Below, one piece after another: positions 40,589 to 54,155 of a DNA stretch of 64,000 nt. The DNA comes from Octopus vulgaris (taxonomy: Eukaryota). The stretch's first letter is position 1. Each line of letters opens with the position of its first letter. The DNA is taken from contig OX597820.1 of assembly GCA_951406725.2 (NCBI GenBank), positions 93,000,001-93,064,000 of the forward strand, written 5' to 3'. The translations under genes and the position numbers were made by a program. A model generated the notes under the pieces. The model was not told where the DNA came from, searched no databases, and was given only the letters and a program-made list of their open reading frames with translations.

Positions 40589-41564
40589 ATAAATATAATC
40601 ACGTTTACAGTGAGTGTGCCTGTATATATATATACATATATATATATATATGTGTGTGTGTGCGTGTGTGTGTGTGTGTGCATATGTGTGTATGTATGTG
40701 CGTGTGTGTGTATGTAAATGTTATGTGCACGTGTATGTGTGTGGGCAAAAATAACAGACTAACAACAAACGTAAGAAAATATGACCCATTCTACTCCAAA
40801 TCCTCTCCCACCCTCTAAAAGTTCTTCTAGGTTTAACTTTTTCTTCTGAGAAAACATTACTTCTAACATAACTAAGCATTCTTAGGCCTAACTAATAGAA
40901 ATTTCCTGATCATTGACCGTTATATGAAATTACTTAATAGAAATAATTTGAAATTAAGCTATAGGTGTGCATCAAATATAAAAAAAAAATTAAAAAACAG
41001 TATTATAGTATTCCTACCGCATAAAATAATGGTTAATTGATTTTGCAGAAACAAAGATAAACGCCTTCTCAAAACAGTTCTGCAACACTAGGGTAATTAT
41101 TTTGAAAACCAATTTCATATTGCATGAAAAGAAACTGAGTTGCCTTGAGAATATATTCAGACAGAATTATGGAAGTTAAATTCAAATACCACTATTTCTA
41201 ATCACACTATTCTTTTTTATCGGAATAATTGATAGAAAAATAAAGTAACTATCAAACTATATTTGGAAATTGAAAAATTTGACATTCAATGGAAAAGTTT
41301 TGAAAAATGTAAGCTTTATCCAAAACGGAAAAACTTCATTCTAAGAATTCTCATATAACAAAAGTATAAAACACAATATAAATGTCAGATTTGAGATTTT
41401 CTATCACTGCACATATTTCTGAAAATTCTGTCTAGGAAATTTCAAAAACACAAGACAACCTGATGAAAGCAAATTCGCCACGCTGCCATGTATCAAAAAG
41501 ACGCTCTCTCTTTCACACACACACGTGCGAGTGTATGCATATATGTGTATGCGTGCGTGTGTGC

Positions 41565-41621
<57 letters not shown>

Positions 41622-42090
41622 AAGAGAAATATCTGAGTTGGCAATGGCATTTATTTGAACAAAGAAAAGAGAGTGAATTGTCACCGGATCACTGGCTGGC
41701 TGTTTCTTTCATCTGTGCAAATTACCATGGTCAAAATGTGTTCTCTATTTTGTTCATCTCGGTGTTTCCTTCTGCTGGCTATAAGGTTGATCGACTGACA
41801 CATTTATGACCCCTGTTAGGTAAATACAGCTTTCCTCTTGTCCTTAAATAATCAGACTTCTTTCCTGTAATTGGGAGAACTTTTGATATTTGACATTAAC
41901 TCCCTTTCTTCTTTGGGATCAGGCCTCAATTGCTGCTAAGCGATTTTCTACGATATTTAAAACCGGAAATAGTTTCAATAAATCAAGAATTTCTTTCGTG
42001 TAGCATTTATATACACTTTATTTTTCAAATACATAATACCGACCACTTTGAGCTACTTCCTTTAGCTCATTATATATATATATATATATA

Positions 42091-42485
42091 CTAGCAGTAT
42101 CGCCCGGCGTTGCTCGGGTTTGTAAGGGAAATAATTATATAAGCATTTTTAGAGATGTAAAGTATAATAGCCATCTCAATATGGCTAACCACAAAGGGGG
42201 AGGGGTGTTACTGTAGCTTTTTACGTTCTGAGATTTAATAATAAATTTTAGAGAGTTACTTCCCTTATATATGTCAAAAATGGATTAAAAATGGGAAAAA
42301 TTGATGGTAAATTTTTTTTTAAATCGTAGACTCATCGTAGACGCGCGCTAATACCCAGACGGTCTCGATATGAATCACGACTATAAGATACCCGGTTTTG
42401 GTAAAACTGCACCGCAAAATGTGGGAGTAGTTAGGAATCTAAATCGTAGGAGACAGACACACAACCTCACTTTTATATATAAAGA
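42091..42485 (-). mobile_element. Non-autonomous Helitron
   Basis: Minus strand starts TC(tttatatataaaag) and ends CTAG, with a subterminal hairpin cccgagcaacgccggg. It is inserted between A and T with no TSD. Confidence 0.88.
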
Positions 42486-42585
42486 TTTCCTCTATTTACA
42501 TAATATTGAGGTCTCTTTCTTTCTTTTGTTATCTTACTGTTTTTACCAATATACATATATATATATATATGTAAATATATATATA

Positions 42586-42908
42586 GTTACAGAGATGTAC
42601 TTGCATAGCAAGTGACTTGATCTGAGATCGTGTGCTGGAACGAAAACAGTTGCAGCGTTGAAGGTGTTTATAAGCCATTTAAGAAACACACAAAAACCGT
42701 TAGATTCACTTCAACATTTAAATTTAATTTGTGAAAATATTTTCGTCGCTTTGAGACCGCGACCTGTTAGCACGATATTTTTGTCAGTGAACAGGTCGCG
42801 GTCTGAAAGCGACGAAAATATTTTGGCAAATTAAATTTAAATGTTGAAGTGAATGTAACGGTTTTTGTGTGTTTCTTAAATGGCTTACAAACACCTTCCA
42901 CGCTGCAA
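42586..42908. mobile_element. Small non-coding repeat present as two inverted copies (long palindrome); carries a hammerhead-like motif
   Basis: Arms 42650-42768 and 42790-42908 with a 21-nt spacer. Same family as 48424-48628. Confidence 0.85.
42780..42830 (+). ncRNA. Type-I hammerhead ribozyme variant with G3-C8 core (candidate)
   Basis: Stem I tttgtca/tggcaaa; core GTGAACA(G); stem II gtcgc/gcgac; GAAA; palindromic stem III aaaatatttt; UU cleavage site. Confidence 0.6.
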
Positions 42909-43257
42909 TATATATATACACACATATATATATATGTATGTATGTATGTATGTGTGTATATGTGTATGCATGTATGTGTGTGTGTGTGCGTGTCTGTGCT
43001 TGTGATTGTCCTCCACCACTGCTTGACAACGAATGCTGGTTTGTTTACATCCCTGTCACCTAGTGGTTTGACAAAGGAAACAGATAGAATAAGTACAATG
43101 CTTACAAAAATAAAACTGGAGTTGATTCATTAAACTACAATTCTTCAAGGCATTGCCCCAGCATGGCCACAGACCAATGGCTGGAAAAAGCAGAAGAATA
43201 AAAGAATACATTCTCTGCTTTGGTCATATGTTGAAGGCATGAGAAAGCTTGAGTTTA

Positions 43258-43645
43258 CATGAGAAGGCCTAACAGACCTGGTAGAAACAGCAGCCAAATC
43301 TCCCTCAAATCACACCTTACTGTCTTATGTATGTATATATATATGAGCCAATGAGGGGGACCTCTACATGGCAGCTAGACCTGGTAGAAATAGCAGCCAA
43401 ATTTCCCCCAAATCACACCTTACTGTCTTATCTATGTATATATGTATGTATGAGCCTATGAGGGAGACCCCTACATGGCAGCTAGACCTGGTAGAAATAG
43501 CAGCCAAATTTCCCCCAAATCACACCTTACTGTCTTATCTATGTATATATGTATGTATGAGCCTATGAGGGAGACCCCTACATGGCAGCTAGACATGGTA
43601 GAAATAGCAGCTAAATCTCCCTCAAACCACACCTTACTGTCTTAT
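43258..43645 (+). repeat. ~107-bp tandem repeat (about 3.5 units)
   Basis: ctagacctggtagaaatagcagccaaat..aaatcacaccttactgtctta recurs at about 43275, 43375, 43482 and 43589. Confidence 0.93.
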
Positions 43646-43859
43646 CTTTCTGCTACTTGGATATAGGTGTTATATTCGTCATAAAAAAACTTTCCTGTCA
43701 CACACTCACGCACACGCACACACACACACACACACACGCACCCTCACACACACACACGCGCACACCCACACACACCCACTCACACACACGCACGTTAGCT
43801 TACAATTTTATTTATATATTTGCGTGTCTGTGTGGAAAGAAGAAGTGGGAGGCAGAGTG

Positions 43860-44159
43860 AAAGAATCACTCACTACAGTAAGTGAATTAGTTTCATTTTA
43901 TTCGTTGCCCACTGTGTGTGTGCGTTTGCGTGTGGTGTAAACCAGACTAAGAAAAGCATTTGACACACACACCAGAATGTGAGTTTTCTGTAAATTTTGC
44001 TTAACTGGAGTTTAAATTTTAAAAACTGGACCTGGCATGACGCGATGCATTGTACTCTTAAAAATGCAAGGTAAATTGTAATTGAAGAAATCCTATATTG
44101 TAGATTTGTATAACTCCCAAAGGGAGGCAGATAAAATCTGCCTTTTATAATAAGAGATA
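43860..44159 (-). mobile_element. Helitron-like 5' fragment of a second family
   Basis: Minus strand begins a|TCtcttattataaaaggcag, a Helitron-type 5' TC end with an AT-rich start. I did not find a CTAG end. Confidence 0.5.
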
Positions 44160-44949
44160 TATATATATATATATGATGTATGTATGTATGTATGTATGTA
44201 TGTATGTATGTATGTATGTATGTATTATGTATGTATGTATGTATGTATGTATATAGATATGTATGTATGTATGTATGTATTTATGTATATATACATCAGC
44301 GCCTTGTTCCGCTAGAGATAAGATAGAACAGTTATTGTGCGGACGGCGTCCACTGTAGAGAAACGGCCATACAGAGCACTCCTCTTGTCTCCAGACAAGG
44401 CATGTCAAATTGGGTGAAATTCTTGATACTTGCGACTATCTCATCTCCTTTGGAATTCATCGCAGTTGACTCCAAGCGATAGAAAAAAATTCAATGGACC
44501 AGGAATATACGTACATACATATGTATATACATATATATATATATATATATATACATATACATGTATGTATGCATGTATGTATGTATATATAGTATCTTCT
44601 ACATGGTTTTACATACATTATATCATACCCTTGATACTGCATAAACTGATTTCCTCGTTTAGAGGCCTATGCCATTAAATTAAGTATTGAAAACGCAAAT
44701 TAGAAGCTACAGTTGCCAGAAGCTATTAGGTTTCATGGTACAAATAAAGATATAAACGCATTAGCAACATATTTCTCTTAAATTACTCAAGTGACGCAAA
44801 TATCTCTGCTGAAACTCCAGTAAAGTGCAAAATTGATTAAGGGTCTTCATCAATTTTTTCAGTCTGCAGTGAATTAGTTAAATTTTACATTTTTTTTTAT
44901 TGTCTAGTGTTTAGCCTAAAATATATACATGTTTTACATACATATACTT

Positions 44950-45361
44950 ATACTCTTTTACTCTTTTACTTGTTTCAGTCATTTGACTGCGGCCATGCTG
45001 GAGCACCGCCTTTAGTCGAGCAAATCGACCCCGAGACTTATTCTTTGTAAGCCCAGTACTTATTCTATCGGTCTCTTTTGCCGAACCGCTAAGTGACGGG
45101 GACGTAAACACACCAGCATTGGTTGTCAAGCAATGCTAGGGGGACAAACACAGACACACAAACACACACATATATATATATATATATATACATATATACG
45201 ACAAGCTTCTTTCAGTTTCCGTCTACCAAATCCACCCACAAGGCATTGGTCGGCCCGGGGATATAGCAGAAGACACATGCCCAAGGTGCCACGCAGTGGG
45301 ACTGAACCCGGAACCATGTGGTTGGTTAGCAAGCTACTTATCACGCAGCCACTCCTGCGCC

Positions 45362-45362
<1 letters not shown>
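44950..45362 (-). mobile_element. SINE family B, full length
   Basis: Near-identical reverse complement of 36188-36600. Confidence 0.93.
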
Positions 45363-45427
<65 letters not shown>

Positions 45428-45559
45428 CATACATATATATAGAGATAGATAGATAGATACATACATACATACATACATACATACATACATACATACATAC
45501 ATACATACATACATACATACATTTAACTTTAACTCCACGTTACTTGAAATTTTGTGGAG

Positions 45560-47420
45560 GTTATCAGTGGCCAGAGGCTTTAAGCTGTAGCGGCAATAGT
45601 AGTATTGAGCATTTTTGTTATTGATGAATATTGTAAATTCTCACAAAGCCAGAATTGAAAATTATAACATCAATGGGAGTAGAAGAAGCCCCTAAATATG
45701 CATAATATGGTGTTGGTGAAACCGTTTCGATTGTCTCAAGGTCTCCAGATAAACCGGCAGACAGGATCTGGAGTTTTCTCTGTCACTATACCTAAAGTCG
45801 TATATGTGTTGCGCGTACTTTCCCTTAAAACTACCGTTGCTCAAGCCCTAGATAATATCAGTAATATTTTGTGAAGCTATGAATGGTGTGAGAGATACTG
45901 GGATTCTCCAGGTAGGATTTCGATAGATACAGCTAGGAGTTTAAGCGAGAGATTTTTCAGGTACGTGTCTGTGTCTATTGCAGTGTGCAATGTTGGAAGT
46001 ATCTAAGCATGAGTAGCAAACTTTTGCGTTATGATAATTAAAGGGTTTATGGGGTCTATGGGTTCTTGGAAAATGCAATTTAATTCGCATCATGATGCTC
46101 CTAGGTACATCGGCGGAACCTTGTAAACTGCATCGAAGATTAAACCAGATTATTTTTCCCTATCTGCTTCTTTCAGGGTTCGAGGGTTGAGGGTGGAGAA
46201 TCTTCCTTATATACTAACGTATCGCTAAGACTTTCTCGCAAGTGCCTTTTCATGGTGAGTTACGAACTTGAGGAAATTTCGCTAATATATATTATATATT
46301 TGAAATTTCTTTTTTTAGGTCAGAGTTTAGATTTCTTATTACAACTTGGATGCTAAGAACGCGTATGATATAAACGGTTTCCTCATTAGCTTTATCTGAG
46401 TGTAGTACTTTCCTGTCTCAAAGTCTAGGGTAACATCCAGAAAATCGACCTCTGCTAAACTAGCGATAACAGGTATAATTAGGTGGAATACTTTGAAGGT
46501 GTTTACACGATTCTTCCTGAACTTATCCACTACGTGGTCGTTTATATAACTTGGGAGTGCCAGATAATCATCTATATACAGAGATGAACTAATGGGGTAC
46601 GTATGTTTTGTTATGGTGTCTGGCGTTTTGTTATGGGTTGCCTTTCATTTTACCCAGTACTACCAATCGTGGAGCAGATGTGACTTTCACGCGTTCATAA
46701 TGTTTCTGGTGAATCATTTATCAAAGTCTATAGCTTTCAGAGGGAAGGATTTCGATATTGAAGGATATAAATCCATCATATCGAACTTTGTTCTCGATAC
46801 CACAGAATGGTTGATTACCGCTGCAATCCTATTCTGCTGATTCCGTAGCCCTTCTAATATCGGAATTGATAGCATGGAAAATGTGCTTAATTAGAATACC
46901 TGTCTTGCTCTAGGTGGTCTTGATTAGCCAAAATTTATGATCTGGAAAAGAAATTTGAATTGTGTTTTGTTTCTTAAGCGTGATATGAAGACAAGTAGTG
47001 AGACGGTGCTTATGTCATTGTATGTTGAAATAGTGGTTATTTTATAGTGGTAATTTCTAAGGGGTTTTGTGTTTGGATGTGTTTGTTTCATACATGTTCT
47101 TTATTTTGTCAGTGAGAATGTGTATAATAAGTGATTGTTTGGAGTGTCATCTAACTGTTTAAAGACTTTAAAAGTTAGAACGATGCCAAAATCTTACTTT
47201 TGACTGTGTTCATCAAATCTTTTTCGAAGGTCTCAAGGTCCTCTATCTGGGGAAAGTATTTCCATCATTTGAAGCTAGATTTATTTGCGGATGTGTTGGC
47301 AATTAGATGCTCGAAGATATATGCTTTTCAGCGCCTGTGCATGATTACACTTATCGTTTCCTCGATGCGTCGTAGTAAATAAATCATCTCTGGGTAATAT
47401 TCGGATGTTTTTCAATGCAA
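45560..47420 (-). mobile_element. Penelope-like retroelement, decayed RT region with 3' remnants
   Basis: Minus translation KFDMMDLYPSISKS..KAIDF (~46790-46720), LYIDD (~46585-46565) and EVDFLDVTLDFETGKYY (46339-46530), matching PLE RT motifs. Confidence 0.85.
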
Positions 47421-47421
47421 C

Positions 47422-47503
<82 letters not shown>

Positions 47504-48278
47504 ATAATAGATACATACATACATGCAGACATACATACATATATATATATATACATATATATACATATCTGACACCAACTTACTCTTTTCATTCCTACCC
47601 ACGCTCTCTCTTCATTGATACCCCTCCATCTACACACCACCACCACACATTGCACTCCCACATACACAACCTGACCCCCACATCCCCACTTCATCGACAC
47701 ATCTTCGCTCCACCCTACACTCCTCCATCACACCAAGCCACCCCACACCTCCACACCACTCTACACACTAGCACTGACCACTTCTCAGCACCCACACCAC
47801 ACACCATCATATGCACACCCACACACAATCATCCGCGCACCCACACACCATCATGCACACACGCACACATTACAGACGCACACACTTACAAACACACACA
47901 TCCGCACGTCAAAGCCACTAGCCCCTATTCACACCCACACACATTTTCAAATACACACACGCACGTATGCTCATCTTCGTTTTGGGATCACCAATACTTT
48001 ATTATCACCCTTCTTTCTACCTCTCCTGTCAAACCTTTTTTCCCAACCAGCCGCCATGCCTAATTGCTAAATCCACAAGTTTTTTTTTTTTATTCTCTCT
48101 CTCTATTTTCACTTACTCCTTTCTCTCGAAGAGCGTAGGCTCAATACATAAAACACTTTCTCACTTTACCGAGCGTCAAACTTATATATCTGTTTGTTGT
48201 TCATACAGCCGTCTTCCTTCGTCTTTTGCTTTTCTATAAATTTCAACAATATATATATATATGTATATATATACACAC

Positions 48279-48339
<61 letters not shown>

Positions 48340-48423
48340 TATATACATATATGCATATATACATATATGCATGTATGAATGTATGTATACATGCATGCGT
48401 GTATGTATGTATGTATATATATA

Positions 48424-48628
48424 TTACGGAGATGTACTTGCATAGCAAGTGACCTGATCTGAAATCGTGTGCTGGAACGAATACAATTGCAGCGTGGAAG
48501 GTGTTAATAAGCCATTTAAGAAATACAAAACCCTCTAGATTCACTTCAACATTTAAATTTAATTTGCCAAAATATTTTCGTAGCTTTGAGACCGCGACCT
48601 GTTCACTGACAAAATTCCGTGCTGCATC
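48424..48628 (-). mobile_element. Second locus of the hammerhead-bearing small repeat
   Basis: Homologous to 42586-42768. The minus strand at 48613-48563 contains tttgtca-GTGAACAG-gtcgc..gctac-GAAA-atattt-tggcaaa. Confidence 0.85.
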
Positions 48629-50898
48629 TATATACATATGTATATATACATATGTGTTCCCATGTATATAGAAGAAATAATAATAAAGGGTTGCGTGTGT
48701 GTCTGTGTGTATGGATGTGTGTTGGTGTGTGTGTGTGTGTGTGTGTGTGTATGTAAAACTATTGCTTTTGCGGTTACAATTTGATCTTTTGTGTTTAATA
48801 ATAATGAGGTACATTTTGAAATAAATCGATTGAATATATAGATGTCTTAGAGAAATATTATTACCACCACTAAGCTTATTGTTTTTCTTCGTCATTGGAA
48901 TTTTGCTTGGGATATACATTGATCCTTCACTTTTCTAGAGATAACTAGAAGAGCTGGTCGCAGTGTCTTGTCAATGTAAAAGAAATAATTAAGCTGGCTG
49001 TTGGCCAATTATATTTCCATATAAATTGATGTCAAACAGCAGACGATCAAGTGAGCAGTAATAGGCTTTGAGAATTCAACGAGACATATTTTAGAATGAA
49101 ATCTGAGAAATTTCTCTTAATTTCCAAACACGATGAGTAGATTCTGGCTTGAAATCGCGGAATCTTAACCTGTATAACCTCACTAGCATTTCTGTGCCAT
49201 GTTTGGTCTGGTGCCAGACACATGTTTCCTTCTGTTGTTCAGGGTTATTCGCATGATCATTCATCTTTCCAGGCTGCTTAGAAAATGAGATTCACTCTCA
49301 TAAAAGAAAAATATATATATAAAGGAATATAGGTAAAGACATAAGAAATCTGTTAGTGAAGTAGATATCTGAAGTTTATAGAAGAGGATATAATGGTTGA
49401 ACAATAGTTTTCTTTTTTTTTATTGTTCTGCTTTATTTCTGATTAATTATATTTTTTTGTTTATTTCTTCATTTTGCTTTTGTATTTCATTCTATTTTGT
49501 TGTTATCCCGTGACCAAAATCCTTGCTCAGAATAAAGCTGCCAAGCATTTTGATGAATCACGTTATTTTCAATTAATCAATCTTCTTTAGTATTTGAAAA
49601 ATGGTCAGTAAAATAAATTCTGAAAGCGCCTAGTGAAGAATAACAAAAAAACGATAGATTTACCAAGAAATCAAATTGAAAGAAACTACAACAAGCTTGC
49701 AAGAGATAACAAAATACAAACTATTAAAAAAAAAAGTGCATCATTGATTTTTGTTTTTTATTATTTTTTCGTTCTTGCAATTTTAGCTTTTGTACAGAAA
49801 ATTATCAAAAATAATATAAAAAAGTTGGCTTATGGAATGTTTTCTTTCGGTTAGAACTGATACCCGATAAGAGTACAGTGAATTAGCCATCTTTGTTAAA
49901 ATTCTGCAGAAAATGATTAGATACAGAGCAAAGATTAGTGATTAGTCTTGAGACGTCTCCTGTAAATGATGCAAAGTTTTCTACTTCACTTGTACAATGA
50001 CAATAATAGAATAGGTTCTGACATAGCTCTGTGGTTAAGATGTTCACTTCGTAACTACGTGAGTTTGTGTTCAATTCCGAGAAGGGGCAACTTGGGAATG
50101 TGTCTTTTACCATAACTCTAGATCTACTAAAGCTTTATTAATGTAATTTGTTAAACGGAAATTATGTGTAAGTTTATTGGAGAACCTGTTCCCGTTTGGG
50201 AGCAGTAGGGCTCAATCAGTCACACGATTTAATACCATCACCTCGTCCTTGGATAGCTTTAGCAGATTATTATCTGTTGCAGATTATTATCTGAAGATTA
50301 TTATCTGAAGATGACACATTTCATTTCTTCTACCAATCTCTTATAAGGGTCGCAAGTACAGATGCCCTTTGACTAAGCTATAAACTGGAATTGTTTTTGT
50401 AACATTACTTTCAGAATCTCCAATGATTATATTACAGAGCTCCCCACCACCACCACCCCAAAAATAAGCAAGATACTAAGCCAAGAAATCAACAGATCGT
50501 TTCCTGCCCCTGACAATGACATTTGATTTTTAACGGTCCAATAATATTTTGTTTTTGTAATTTTTAAACGTTTACTGTAGTAAGAATGATTTATAAACAG
50601 AATTGCTAAAGTGATTGGCAACATATTTTGTAATATTGAGTTACATCAAGATAGCGAGCTGGCAGAATAATTAGCTCGCCATGAAAAATGCTTCGCGGCA
50701 TTTCGTCCGTCTTTACGTTTTGAGTTCAAATTCCACCGAGGTCGAATTTACCTTTCACCTTTTGTGGGTCGACAAAATATATCCCTGTTAATCACTAGGG
50801 TCGTTCTAATCGATTTATCCATTTGCCCGGAATTACTGGTCTTGTGATTAAATTTGCAAGCAATAATGATTTACATTTCAGTTCAAATACTAGGATCT

Positions 50899-51329
<431 letters not shown>

Positions 51330-51898
51330 CTAGGATCTACGAGACAAACACTAGGATCGAGTTCATCTCGTATAAACTCTACGCTGAGCAAAGCTCATCA
51401 TGCATCGGCACACATATGTTCAAACCTGGGTAAGATATTTTTGAGAGAGACTGGCATTTGCCCAGTCATGCCACGACGCTGATATTTATCCAAAGGAAAG
51501 GCTGCTGACTTCAGTCAATAAAAGTTGGCACCAGTGTCATCGCAGACGGAGCTATTAGAACGCAAAGAACTGGAACAGTGCATCAACCGTTCTAGATTGA
51601 TGGGGTTTTTTTACCGAAAGTAAGACAGAAAAAGTTAACCTTGGTGAGATTTTAACTCAGGGTGCAATGAGTTGGAACAAATAACATGACGCAATCTACT
51701 CGACTCTAGAAACAAAACTACCAATTTGCCGCTCCAATGATATATATCCCCCGCAAAATTTGTAACCATGAACCAATGCTATCCATCACTGTCAGCAAGA
51801 TGAAGATAGTTCTAGCATTTCGGAGGATGAATATCAAATTCGCAAAATTAGAGTGTATTTCTCTTCCAAACATAAAAGAATTATTAGGTTTTCCTATA

Positions 51899-54155
51899 CA
51901 GTGAAACCTCGCAGTATCAGTTTAATTCGTTCCACGACTGAGTTCGTTTTACGATTTACTCGTTTTACAAATCAGTTTTCCCCATTCAAATTAACTAAAA
52001 TATAATTAATCCGTTCCAGCCCCCAAAATATTTTTTTATGGGTTTTAAACCAGAAATGTGTAGTTACAAGGAAAATTACAATTATAAAAAAGAGAATGCA
52101 AAAGAAATATGTAAACTAGTACTATTAACTGAATTACCTTAAAGATGGGACGATTTGTGCGCGTAGAAGACGATGGAGCGGGAAGGAGGAAGATTGCTGT
52201 TTGGAAGGAGAACCTCCTTCCATTAAGACTTCATGAAGAAACTTCTGGCCGTTTCTCTCTCACTTCGCTTAAGTTAGGTTTTTTCGACACGCTTTCTTCA
52301 TCCCTTGACACCTGCAGGTCGTTTCATTAGAAATCTGCTTTTTCTTGCCTTTCAAAAAGCTACGAAAATGCACCAATGCAGTGTCATTAACTAAAGCAGC
52401 TGCACGACTTGTAGCTACTTTTACAGGACGATATTTTTCTACAAATTCAGAAACATACTGCCACTTCGCCAACACTGCCTTTAGAGATAGCATTCTCCGC
52501 TAAACTGTTCTCCGGGGAAGCAATCTCTTCCTCCGCATCCAAATGCTGCTGCTCCTGAAGCTGCAGGAGTTCATCAGTCGGCAGCTTCTCTGAGTGCTCC
52601 TCATCGAGACCTTAATGTCCTCATCATCAACCTCGAGGCCCATGGACTTGCCAAGAGACACTATGTCCTCGACTACAAGTGTCTCAGACTCAAACCCCTC
52701 AAAGTCGCTTTCGGATATGCAGTCAGACCATAATTTCCTCCATACAAAATTCAGCGTTCTCTTCGTCACACCCTTCTGTATTGATGATTTTCAGACAGTT
52801 TACAATGTTGTAGTACTCCTTCAAAAACTCACGAAGGGTTAGATTTGTATTTTCGGTAACTTCAAAGCACTGACGAAACTGGTGATTAGTGTACAATTTC
52901 TTAAAATTAGAAAACACCCGTTGGTCTATGGGCTGCCAGATAGGGGTGGTGTTGCATGAAATGTACAGAACTTTTATAAATTGAAATTCGTCCGGGATAT
53001 AATCTTCGAGGTTAGGAGGGTGAACTGGAGCATTGTTGAGGATGAGGAAGATTGTTTTCCAGAAGGTACTTTTTCACTGCTGGTCCGAAGACAAGGTTGA
53101 CCCACTCGGGAAAGAATTGCCTGGTGACCCAGGCCTTAACGTTTGCTCTCCACATGACCTGCAGTTTCTCCTTCACAATTGTGTGTGACTTGAATGCTCG
53201 TGGTTTTTCTTAATGGTAGACAAGGAGTGGCTTAATCTTCAAGTCACCACTCGCATTGACACAAAGGGCGAGAGATGGCCTATCTTTCATAGACTTGTTG
53301 CCTGGCAGTTTCTTCAACTCTGCAGTTATGTAGGTTCTTCTGGGCATTTTTTACCAAAACAGGCTACTTTCATCACAGTTGAATACCTGTTGTACGATGT
53401 TCCAGGGTTCTGCTTCAGGAGATCCCCATGCAGCACTCGTGCTTTCTCGCAGATGATGATCTCCTTAATTGTAAGCCCTGCGAATTACTTCTCGATGGTC
53501 CACAGGAGAAGCAGCTTTTCCATCCTTTCATGGATAGCTGTGCATTGCTTAGAGAGCCTGAAAACACCCATTGCTGTTGTAATGGCCTTGATCTCCTTTT
53601 TTTTCTTCGGAGTGATGCAGATCGTCGAAGTGCTTCCGTCGTATTCGTGTGCTATGTCCACTACACTCACACCTCTCACATGTTTATCAATAATTTCCTC
53701 CTTCAATTCTATCGGAATCAGCTTTTCCTTCTTCTCAGCACTGTCCTCTGCACTAACCATCTAAGGATCCATGGCTAACACAATTATTATAAATTAATAG
53801 TGAAAAAACATTAATAGAAAAAAATAGTAACAAATAGTAGAAAAATATAATAAGGATCCATGGTTAACACTAATTATTATAAATTAATAGTAATAATACA
53901 AAAAAACTAAACAAAAACATTGAGAAAACAAAATAGCGATGCTGCCACAGCGAGTTAAACATGTGAGATGAGCGAGCGGAGACTGCGCTTGTTGGGAGAG
54001 TGTGTGCTAACTCAGAGCTGACTAGCGGTCGCTTGTATGAAACTCACTCGTACTGCAGTTTTCCGTTCGTACTTCAATGTAAAAATTCGCACCAACCTCG
54101 GCTCTTACAGTAAATTATTCGTACAATGGTGCACACGTACTGCGAGGTTCAACTG
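51899..54155 (-). mobile_element. pogo/Tigger DNA transposon, TIR-to-TIR, with pseudogenised transposase
   Basis: TIRs cagtgaaacctcgcagta / tactgcgaggttcaactg and TA TSDs (51897-51898, 54156-54157). ORF pieces: CENP-B HTH (IELKEEIIDKH..ERMEKLLLLW), SNFKKLYT..CFEVTE and VWRKLWSDC..DFEGFE. Confidence 0.95.

Noticed and set aside
47650-48063. His/Thr/Pro-rich 137-aa ORF
   Set aside because: Degenerate (CA)-rich low-complexity tract.
53213-53778. Plus-strand 183-aa and 116-aa ORFs
   Set aside because: Antisense shadows of the Tigger transposase.
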